Of a DNA stretch of 64,000 bases, positions 1 to 11,125 are shown in pieces. The stretch is taken from contig CM082579.2 in NCBI GenBank assembly GCA_040954595.2, positions 14,296,450-14,360,449 on the forward strand, in the 5' to 3' direction. A program made the translations under genes and the position numbers. This DNA comes from Balanoglossus misakiensis. Lineage: Eukaryota; Animalia; Hemichordata. Each line of letters begins with the position of its first letter. The stretch's first letter is position 1. Under the pieces are notes generated by a model. The model had not been told where the DNA came from and ran no database searches. It was given only the letters and a program-made list of their open reading frames with translations.

Positions 1-330
1 TATGAAAATCATCAACAAATGACAAATTTTCGACTTTGCAAAATCTCAAAATTTCGTCGATTTTGAAAAAAATCATGGTTTCGTCGATTTTTGAAAAAAA
101 ACATGGGTGAAAATCTTCAAAAAATGACAAATTTTCGACTTTGCAAAAACTGAAAATTTCGTCGATTTTTGAAAAAAATAATGGGTGAAAATCATCAAAA
201 AAGACAAAGTTTTGACTTTGCAAAATCTCAAAATTTCGTCGATTTCTGAAAAAAATCATGGGTAAAATCGTCAAAAAAATGACAGATTTTCGACAGCAAA
301 ATCTTAAAATTTCGTCAATTTTTGAAAAAA
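1..330 (+). repeat. Diverged monomers at the left window edge
   Basis: Four to five monomers carry variants rare or absent elsewhere (atcaacaaat, aatcttcaa, gcaaaaactgaaa, aagacaaagttttga, cgacagcaaaatctta). Homogeneous sequence starts at about 330. Confidence 0.8.
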
Positions 331-3300
331 AATCATGGGTAAAAATCATCAAAAATGACAAATTTTCGTCTTTGCAAAATCTCAAATTTTCGTCGATTTT
401 TGAAAAAAAATCATGGTTTAAAATCATCAAAAAATGACAAAATTTTCGACTTTGTAAAATCACAAAATTTCGTCGATTTTGAAAAAAATCATAGGTTCGT
501 CGATTTTAAAAAAAAAAACATGGGTGAAAATCATCAAAAAATGACAAATTTTGAAAAAAAAACGGGTGAAAATCATCAAAAAATGACACATTTTCCTCTG
601 CAAAATCTCGAAATTTCGTCGTTTTTTGAAAAAAAATCATTGGTGAAAATCATCAAAAAATGACAAATTTTCGTCTTTGCAAAATCTCAAAATTTCGTCC
701 ATTTTTGAAAAAAAATCATGGGTAAAAATCATCGAAAATGACAAATTTTCGTCTTTGCAAAATCTCAAATTTTCGTCGATTTTTGAAAAAAATCATGGGG
801 GAAAATCATGAAAAAATGACAAATTTTGAAAAAAAAAACTGGTGAAAATCATCAAAAAATGACACATTTACGACTTTGCAAAATCTCAAAATTTCGTCGA
901 TTTTTGAAAAAAAATCATGGGTGAAAATCATCAAAAAATGACAAATTTTCGTCTTTGCAAAATCTCAAAATTTCGTCCATTTTTGAAAAAAAATCATGCG
1001 TAAAAATCATCAAAAATGACAAATTTTCGTCTTTGCAAAATCTCAAGTTTTCGTCGATTTTTGAAAAAAAATCATGGTTGAAAATCATCAAAAAATGACA
1101 AAATTTTCGACTTTGTAAAATCACAAAATTTCGACGATTTTTTAAAAAAATCATGGGGGAAAATCATGAAAAAATGCCAAATTTTCCTCTTTGCAAAATC
1201 TCAAAATTTCGTCGATTTTTGAAAAAAAATCATGGGTGAAAATCATCAAAAAATGACAAATTTTCGTCTTTGCAAAATCTCAAAATTTCGTCCATTTTTG
1301 AAAAAAAATCATGGGTAAAAATCATCAAAAATGACAAATTTTCGTCTTTGCAAAATCTCAAATTTTCGTCGATTTTTGAAAAAAAATCATGGTTGAAAAT
1401 CATCAAAAAATGACAAAATTTTCGACTTTGTAAAATCACAAAATTTCGTCGATTTTGAAACAAATCATAGGTTCGTCGATTTTTTAAAAAAAAACATGGG
1501 TGAAAATCATCAAAAAATGACAAATTTTGAAAAAAAACGGGTGAAAATCGTCAAAAAATGACACATTTTCGTCGACTTTGCAAAATCTCAAAATTTCGTC
1601 GATTTTTGAAAAAAATCACGGGGGAAAATCATGAAAAAAATGACAAATTTTCCTCTTTGCAAAATCTCAAAAGTTCGTCGATTTTTAAAAAAAGACATGG
1701 GTGAAAATCATCAAAAAATAACAAATTTTCGACTTTGCAAAATCTCAAAATTTCGTCCATTTTTGAAAAAAAATCATGGGTAAAAATCATCAAAAAATGA
1801 CAAATTTTGAAAAAAAAACGGGTGAAAATCATCAAAAATGATACATTTTTGACTTTGCAAAATCTCAAAATTTCGTCGATTTTTGAAAAAAAATCATGGG
1901 TGAAAATCATCAAAAAATGACAAATTTTCGTCTTTGCAAAATCTCAAAATTTCGTCCATTTCTGAAAAAAAATTATGGGTAAAAATCATCAAAAATGACA
2001 AATTTTCATCTATGCAAAATCTCAAATTTTCGTCGATTTTTGAAAAAAAATCATGGTTGAAGAATCATCAAAAAATGACAAAATTTTCGACTTTGCAAAA
2101 TCTCAAAATTTCGTCGATTTTTGAAAAAAATCATGGGGGAAAATCATGAAAAAATGACAAATTTTCGTCTTTGCAAAATCTCAAAATTTCGTCCATTTTT
2201 GAAAAAAATCATGGGTGAAAATCATCAAAAAATGACAAATTTTCGACTTTGCAAAATCTCAACATTTCGTCAATTTTTGAAAAAATCATGGGTGAAAATC
2301 ATCAAAAAATGACAAATTTTCGACTTTGCAAAATCTCAAAATTTCGTCGATTTTTGAAAAAAATCATGGGGCAAAATCATGAAAAAATGACAAATTTTCC
2401 TCTCTGCAAAATCTCAAAATTTCGTCGATTTTTGAAAAAAAATCATGGGTGAAAATCATCAAAAAATGACAAATTTTCGTCTTTGCAAAATCTCAAAATT
2501 TCGTCCATTTTTGAAAAAAAATCATGGGTAAAAATCATCAAAAATGACAAATTTTCGTCTTTGCAAAATCTCAAATTTTCGTCGATTTTTGAAAAAAAAT
2601 CATGGTTTAAAATCATCAAAAAATGACAAAATTTTCGACTTTGTAAAATCACAAAATTTCGTCGATTTTGAAAAAAATCATAGGTTCGTCGATTAAAAAA
2701 AAAAAAAACATGGGTGAAAATCATCAAAAAATGACAAATTTTGAAAAAAAAACGGGTGAAAATCATCAAAAAATGACACATTTTCCTCTGCAAAATCTCG
2801 AAATTTCGTCGTTTTTTGAAAAAAAATCATTGGTGAAAATCATCAAAAAATGACAAATTTTCGTCTTTGCAAAATCTCAAAATTTCGTCCATTTTTGAAA
2901 AAAAATCATGGGTAAAAATCATCGAAAATGACAAATTTTCGTCTTTGCAAAATCTCAAATTTTCGTCGATTTTTGAAAAAAATCATGGGGGAAAATCATG
3001 AAAAAATGACAAATTTTGAAAAAAAAAACTGGTGAAAATCATCAAAAAATGACACATTTACGACTTTGCAAAATCTCAAAATTTCGTCGATTTTTGAAAA
3101 AAAATCATGGGTGAAAATCATCAAAAAATGACAAATTTTCGTCTTTGCAAAATCTCAAAATTTCGTCCATTTTTGAAAAAAAATCATGGGTAAAAATCAT
3201 CAAAAATGACAAATTTTCGTCTTTGCAAAATCTCAAGTTTTCGTCGATTTTTGAAAAAAAATCATGGTTGAAAATCATCAAAAAATGACAAAATTTTCGA

Positions 3301-3420
3301 CTTTGTAAAATCACAAAATTTCGTCGATTTTTTAAAAAAAATCATGGGGGAAAATCATGAAAAAATGCCAAATTTTCCTCTTTGCAAAATCTCAAAATTT
3401 CGTCGATTTTTGAAAAAAAA
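330..3420 (+). repeat. ~2190-bp HOR, about 1.4 copies; repeated at +7708
   Basis: TCATGGTTTAAAATC occurs at 411 and 2600, and ORFs 915/3105 are offset by 2190. Private SNPs CATGCGTA (~995), CGACGAT (~1132), CACGGGG (1617) and AAAGTTCG (~1670) recur at ~8704, 8842, 9325 and 9379. Confidence 0.88.
490..563 (+). repeat. Example of recurrent truncated monomers: ~29-bp (CATAGGTTCGTCGATTTTAn) followed by ~42-bp (GGGTG..GACAAATTTTGAnC)
   Basis: CATAGG at 490 to CATGGG at 519 is 29 bp, and GGGTG at 522 to GGGTG at 564 is 42 bp. The same pair recurs dozens of times in domains I-III and at ~62720. Confidence 0.92.
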
Positions 3421-6400
3421 TCATGGGTGAAAATCATCAAAAAATGACAAATTTTCGTCTTTGCAAAATCTCAAAATTTCGTCCATTTTTGAAAAAAAAT
3501 CATGGATAAAAATCATCAAAAATGACAAATTTTCGTCTTTGCAAAATCTCAAATTTTCGTCGATTTTTGAAAAAAAATCATGGTTGAAAATCATCAAAAA
3601 ATGACAAAATTTTCGACTTTGTAAAATCACAAAATTTCGTCGATTTTGAAACAAATCATAGGTTCGTCGATTTTTAAAAAAAAAAACATGGGTGAAAATC
3701 ATCAAAAAATGACAAATTTTGAAAAAAACCGGGTGAAAATCATCAAAAAATGACACATTTTCGTCGACTTTGCAAAATCTCAAAATTTCGTCGATTTTTG
3801 AAAAAAATCATGGGGGAAAATCATGAAAAAATGACAAATTTTCCTCTTTGCAAAATCTCAAAATTTCGTCGATTTTTAAAAAAAGACATGGGTGAAAATC
3901 ATCAAAAAATAACACATTTTCGACTTTGCAAAATCTCAAAATTTCGTCCATTTTTGAAAAAAAATCATGGGTAAAATTCATCAAAAAATGACAAATTTTC
4001 GTCTTTGCAAAATCTCACAATTTCGTCGATTTTTGAAAAAAATCATGTGTGAAAATCATCAAAAAATGACAAATTTTCGACTTTGGAAAATCTCAAAATT
4101 TCGTCAATTTTTGAAAAAAATCATGGGTGAAAATCATCAAAAAATGACAAATTTTCGTCTTTGCAAAATCTCAACATTTCGTCCATTTTTGAAAAAAAAT
4201 CATTGGTGAAAATCATCAAAAAATGACAAATTTTCGTCTTTGCAAAATCTCAAAATTTCGTCCATTTTTGAAAAAAAATCATGGGTAAAAATCATCAAAA
4301 ATGACAAATTTTCGTCTTTGCAAAATCTCAAATTTTCGTCGATTTTTGAAAAAAATCATGGGGAAAATCATGAAAAAATGACAAATTTTGAAAAAAAAAC
4401 TGGTGAAAATCATCAAAAAATGACACATTTACGACTTTGCAAAATCTCAAAATTTCGTCGATTTTTGAAAAAAAATCATGGGTGAAAATCATCAAAAAAT
4501 GACAAATTTTCGTCTTTGCAAAATCTCAAAATTTCGTCCATTTTTGAAAAAAAATCATGGGTAAAAATCATCAAAAATGACAAATTTTCGTCTTTGCAAA
4601 ATCTCAAACTTTCGTCCATTTTTAAAAAACAATCATGGGGGAAAATCATCAAAAAATGACAAATTTTCGATTTTGCAAAATCTCAAAATTTCGTCGATTT
4701 TTGAAAAAAAATGGGTGAAAATCATCAAAAAATGACACATTTTCGTCGACTTTGCAAAATCTCAAAATTTCGTCGATTTTTGAAAAAAAATCATGGGTGA
4801 AAATCATCAAAAAATGACAAAATTTTCGACTTTGTAAAATCACAAAATTTCGTCGATTTTTTAAAAAAAATCATGGGGGAAAATCATGAAAAAATGCCAA
4901 ATTTTCCTCTTTGCAAAATCTCAAAATTTCGTCGATTTTTGAAAAAAAATCATGGGTGAAAATCATCAAAAAATGACAAATTTTCGTCTTTGCAAAATCT
5001 CAAAATTTCGTCCATTTTTGAAAAAAAATCATGGATAAAAATCATCAAAAATGACAAATTTTCGTCTTTGCAAAATCTCAAATTTTCGTCGATTTTTGAA
5101 AAAAAATCATGGTTGAAAATCATCAAAAAATGACAAAATTTTCGACTTTGTAAAATCACAAAATTTCGTCGATTTTGAAACAAATCATAGGTTCGTCGAT
5201 TTTTAAAAAAAAAAACATGGGTGAAAATCATCAAAAAATGACAAATTTTGAAAAAAACCGGGTGAAAATCATCAAAAAATGACACATTTTCGTCGACTTT
5301 GCAAAATCTCAAAATTTCGTCGATTTTTGAAAAAAATCATGGGGGAAAATCATGAAAAAATGACAAATTTTCCTCTTTGCAAAATCTCAAAATTTCGTCG
5401 ATTTTTAAAAAAAGACATGGGTGAAAATCATCAAAAAATAACACATTTTCGACTTTGCAAAATCTCAAAATTTCGTCCATTTTTGAAAAAAAATCATGGG
5501 TAAAATTCATCAAAAAATGACAAATTTTCGTCTTTGCAAAATCTCACAATTTCGTCGATTTTTGAAAAAAATCATGTGTGAAAATCATCAAAAAATGACA
5601 AATTTTCGACTTTGGAAAATCTCAAAATTTCGTCAATTTTTGAAAAAAATCATGGGTGAAAATCATCAAAAAATGACAAATTTTCGTCTTTGCAAAATCT
5701 CAACATTTCGTCCATTTTTGAAAAAAAATCATTGGTGAAAATCATCAAAAAATGACAAATTTTCGTCTTTGCAAAATCTCAAAATTTCGTCCATTTTTGA
5801 AAAAAAATCATGGGTAAAAATCATCAAAAATGACAAATTTTCGTCTTTGCAAAATCTCAAATTTTCGTCGATTTTTGAAAAAAATCATGGGGAAAATCAT
5901 GAAAAAATGACAAATTTTGAAAAAAAAACTGGTGAAAATCATCAAAAAATGACAAAATTTTCGACTTTGTAAAATCACAAAATTTCGTCGATTTTTTAAA
6001 AAAAATCATGGGGGAAAATCATGAAAAAATGCCAAATTTTCCTCTTTGCAAAATCTCAAAATTTCGTCGATTTTTGAAAAAAAATCATGGGTGAAAATCA
6101 TCAAAAAATGACAAATTTTCGTCTTTGCAAAATCTCAAAATTTCGTCCATTTTTGAAAAAAAATCATGGGTAAAAATCATCAAAAATGACAAATTTTCGT
6201 CTTTGCAAAATCTCAAATTTTCGTCGATCTTTGAAAAAAAATCATGGTTGAAAATCATCAAAAAATGACAAAATTTTCGACTTTGTAAAATCACAAAATT
6301 TCGTCGATTTGAAACAAATCATAGGTTCGTCGATTTTTTAAAAAAACATGGGTGAAAATCATCAAAAAATGACAAATTTTGAAAAAAACCGGGTGAAAAT

Positions 6401-7070
6401 CATCAAAAAATGACACATTGTCGTCGACTTTGCAAAATCTCAAAATTTCGTCGATTTTTGAAAAAAATCATGGGGGAAAATCATGAAAAAATGACAAATT
6501 TTCCTCTTTGCAAAATCTCAAAATTTCGTCGATTTTTAAAAAAAGACATGGGTGAAAATCATCAAAAAAATAACACATTTTCGACTTTGCAAAATCTCAA
6601 AATTTCGTCCATTTTTGAAAAAAAATCATGGGTAAAATTCATCAAAAAATGACAAATTTTCGTCTTTGCAAAATCTCACAATTTCGTCGATTTTTGAAAA
6701 AAATCATGTGTGAAAATCATCAAAAAATGACAAATTTTCGACTTTGGAAAATCTCAAAATTTCGTCAATTTTTGAAAAAAAATCATGGGTGAAAATCATC
6801 AAAAAATGACAAATTTTCGTCTTTGCAAAATCTCAACATTTCGTCCATTTTTGAAAAAAAATCATTGGTGAAAATCATCAAAAAATGACAAATTTTCGTC
6901 TTTGCAAAATCTCAAAATTTCGTCCATTTTTGAAAAAAAATCATGGGTAAAAATCATCAAAAATGACAAATTTTCGTCTTTGCAAAATCTCAAATTTTCG
7001 TTGATTTTTGAAAAAAATCATGGGGAAAATCATGAAAAAATGACAAATTTGAAAAAAAAACGGTGAAAAT
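3270..7070 (+). repeat. Tandem 1529-bp duplication followed by a third, shorter-spaced copy (~1131 bp offset)
   Basis: ORF pairs 3421/4950, 3750/5279, 3967/5496 and 4240/5769 are all offset by 1529. The shared SNP CATGGATAAA is at ~3501 and ~5030. ORFs 5279/6410 are offset by 1131. Confidence 0.87.
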
Positions 7071-7429
7071 CATCAAAAAATGACACATTTACGACTTTGC
7101 AAAATCTCAAAATTTCGTCGATTTTTGAAAAAAAATCATGGGTGAAAATCATCAAAAAATGACAAATTTTCCTCTTTGCAAAATCTATAAATTTCGTCGA
7201 TTTTTGAAAAAATTTTCAACTTTGCAAAATCTCAAAATTTCGTCGATTTTTGAAAAAAAATCATGGGGGAAAATCATCAAAAAATGACAAATTTTCGACT
7301 GCAAAATCTCAAAATTTCGTCGATTTTTGAAATAAATCATTGTTGAAAATTATCAAAAAATGACAAATTTTCCTCTTTACAAAATCACAAAATTTCGTCG
7401 ATTTTTTGAAAAAAGACGGGTGAAAATCA

Positions 7430-10400
7430 TCAAAAAATGACAAATTTTCGTCTTTGCAAAATCTCAAAATTTCGTCCATTTCTGAAAAAAAATTATGGGT
7501 AAAAATCATCAAAAATGACAAATTTTCATCTATGCAAAATCTCAAATTTTCGTCGATTTTTGAAAAAAAATCATGGTTGAAGAATCATCAAAAAATGACA
7601 AAATTTTCAACTTTGCAAAATCTCAAAATTTCGTCGATTTTTTGAAAAAAATCATGGGGGAAAATCATGAAAAAATGACAAATTTTCGTCTTTGCAAAAT
7701 CTCAAAATTTCGTCCATTTTTGAAAAAAATCATGGGTGAAAATCATCAAAAAATGACAAATTTTCGACTTTGCAAAATCTCAACATTTCGTCAATTTTTG
7801 AAAAAATCATGGGTGAAAATCATCAAAAAATGACAAATTTCGACTTTGCAAAATCTCAAATTTCGTCGATTTTTGAAAAAAATCATGGGGCAAAATCATG
7901 AAAAAATGACAAATTTTCCTCTCTGCAAAATCTCAAAAATTTCGTCGATTTTTGAAAAAAAATCATGGGTGAAAATCATCAAAAAAATGACAAATTTTCG
8001 TCTTTGCAAAATCTCAAAATTTCGTCCATTTTTGAAAAAAAATCATGGGTAAAAATCATCAAAAATGACAAATTTTCGTCTTTGCAAAATCTCAAATTTT
8101 CGTCGATTTTTGAAAAAAAATCATGGTTTAAAATCATCAAAAAATGACAAAATTTTCGACTTTGTAAAATCACAAAATTTCGTCGATTTTGAAAAAAATC
8201 ATAGGTTCGTCGATTTTAAAAAAAAAACATGGGTGAAAATCATCAAAAAATGACAAATTTTGAAAAAAAAACGGGTGAAAATCATCAAAAAATGACACAT
8301 TTTCCTCTGCAAAATCTCGAAATTTCGTCGTTTTTTGAAAAAAAATCATTGGTGAAAATCATCAAAAAATGACAAATTTTCGTCTTTGCAAAATCTCAAA
8401 ATTTCGTCCATTTTTTGAAAAAAAATCATGGGTAAAAATCATCGAAAATGACAAATTTTCGTCTTTGCAAAATCTCAAATTTTCGTCGATTTTTGAAAAA
8501 AATCATGGGGAAAATCATGAAAAAATGACAAATTTTGAAAAAAAAAACTGGTGAAAATCATCAAAAAATGACACATTTACGACTTTGCAAAATCTCAAAA
8601 TTTCGTCGATTTTTGAAAAAAAATCATGGGTGAAAATCATCAAAAAATGACAAATTTTCGTCTTTGCAAAATCTCAAAATTTCGTCCATTTTTGAAAAAA
8701 AATCATGCGTAAAAATCATCAAAAATGACAAATTTTCGTCTTTGCAAAATCTCAAGTTTTCGTCGATTTTTTGAAAAAAAATCATGGTTGAAAATCATCA
8801 AAAAATGACAAAATTTTCGACTTTGTAAAATCACAAAATTTCGACGATTTTTTAAAAAAATCATGGGGGAAAATCATGAAAAAATGCCAAATTTTCCTCT
8901 TTGCAAAATCTCAAAATTTCGTCGATTTTTGAAAAAAAATCAGGGTGAAAATCATCAAAAAATGACAAATTTTCGTCTTTGCAAAATCTCAAAATTTCGT
9001 CCATTTTTGAAAAAAATCATGGGTAAAAATCATCAAAAATGACAAATTTTCGTCTTTGCAAATCTCAAATTTTCGTCGATTTTTGAAAAAAAATCATGGT
9101 TGAAAATCATCAAAAAATGACAAAATTTTCGACTTTGTAAAATCACAAAATTTCGTCGATTTTGAAACAAATCATAGGTTCGTCGATTTTTTAAAAAAAA
9201 AACATGGGTGAAAATCATCAAAAAATGACAAATTTTGAAAAAAACCGGGTGAAAATCGTCAAAAAATGACACATTTTCGTCGACTTTGCAAAATCTCAAA
9301 ATTTCGTCGATTTTTGAAAAAAATCACGGGGGAAAATCATGAAAAAAATGACAAATTTTCCTCTTTGCAAAATCTCAAAAGTTCGTCGATTTTTAAAAAA
9401 AGACATGGGTGAAAATCATCAAAAAATAACAAATTTTCGACTTTGCAAAATCTCAAAATTTCGTCCATTTTTGAAAAAAAATCATGGGTAAAAATCATCA
9501 AAAAATGACAAATTTTGAAAAAAAAACGGGTGAAAATCATCAAAAATGATACATTTTTGACTTTGCAAAATCTCAAAATTTCGTCGATTTTTGAAAAAAA
9601 ATCATGGGTGAAAATCATCAAAAAATGACAAATTTTCGTCTTTGCAAAATCTCAAAATTTCGTCCATTTCTGAAAAAAAATTATGGGTAAAAATCATCAA
9701 AAATGACAAATTTTCATCTATGCAAAATCTCAAATTTTCGTCGATTTTTGAAAAAAAATCATGGTTGAAGAATCATCAAAAAATGACAAAATTTTCGACT
9801 TTGCAAAATCTCAAAATTTCGTCGATTTTTGAAAAAAATCATGGGGGAAAATCATGAAAAAATGACAAATTTTCGTCTTTGCAAAATCTCAAAATTTCGT
9901 CCATTTTTGAAAAAAATCATGGGTGAAAATCATCAAAAAATGACAAATTTTCGACTTTGCAAAATCTCAACATTTCGTCAATTTTTGAAAAAATCATGGG
10001 TGAAAATCATCAAAAAATGACAAATTTTCGACTTTGCAAAATCTCAAAATTTCGTCGATTTTTGAAAAAAATCATGGGGCAAAATCATGAAAAAATGACA
10101 AATTTTCCTCTCTGCAAAATCTCAAAATTTCGTCGATTTTTGAAAAAAAATCATGGGTGAAAATCATCAAAAAATGACAAATTTTCGTCTTTGCAAAATC
10201 TCAAATTTCGTCCATTTTTGAAAAAAAATCATGGGTAAAAATCATCAAAAATGACAAATTTTCGTCTTTGCAAAATCTCAAATTTTCGTCGATTTTTGAA
10301 AAAAAATCATGGTTTAAAATCATCAAAAAATGACAAAATTTTTCGACTTTGTAAAATCACAAAAATTTCGTCGATTTTGAAAAAAATCATAGGTTCGTCG

Positions 10401-11125
10401 ATTAAAAAAAAAAAAACATGGGTGAAAATCATCAAAAAATGACAAATTTTGAAAAAAAAACGGGTGAAAATCATCAAAAAATGACACATTTTCTCTGCAA
10501 AATCTCGAAATTTCGTCGTTTTTTGAAAAAAAATCATTGGTGAAAATCATCAAAAAATGACAAATTTTCGTCTTTGCAAAATCTCAAAATTTCGTCCATT
10601 TTTGAAAAAAAATCATGGGTAAAAATCATCGAAAATGACAAATTTTCGTCTTTGCAAAATCTCAAATTTTCGTCGATTTTTGAAAAAAATCATGGGGGAA
10701 AATCATGAAAAAATGACAAATTTTGAAAAAAAAAACTGGTGAAAATCATCAAAAAATGACACATTTACGACTTTGCAAAATCTCAAAATTTCGTCGATTT
10801 TTGAAAAAAATCATGGGTGAAAATCATCAAAAAATGACAAATTTTCGTCTTTGCAAAATCTCAAAATTTCGTCCATTTTTGAAAAAAAATCATGGGTAAA
10901 AATCATCAAAAATGACAAATTTTCGTCTTTGCAAAATCTCAAGTTTTCGTCGATTTTTGAAAAAAAATCATGGTTGAAAATCATCAAAAAATGACAAAAT
11001 TTTCGACTTTGTAAAATCACAAAATTTCGTCGATTTTTTAAAAAAAATCATGGGGGAAAATCATGAAAAAATGCCAAATTTTCCTCTTTGCAAAATCTCA
11101 AAATTTCGTCGATTTTTGAAAAAAA
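7430..11125 (+). repeat. Second block of the 2.19-kb HOR (about 1.7 copies)
   Basis: ORFs 7454/9642 are offset by 2188. Pairs 1629/9337, 1934/9642, 2121/9829 and 2249/9957 are all offset by 7708. Confidence 0.85.

Noticed and set aside
1145-1180. Resemblance of GAAAATCATG/GAAAAAATG to mouse major satellite sub-repeats
   Set aside because: Only short AT-rich words are shared. Monomer length (79 versus 234 bp) and the remaining sequence differ.
7393-7425. CENP-B box-like TTCG...CGGG
   Set aside because: Both half-motifs occur, but they are about 19 bp apart instead of the 7 bp in NTTCGNNNNANNCGGGN.
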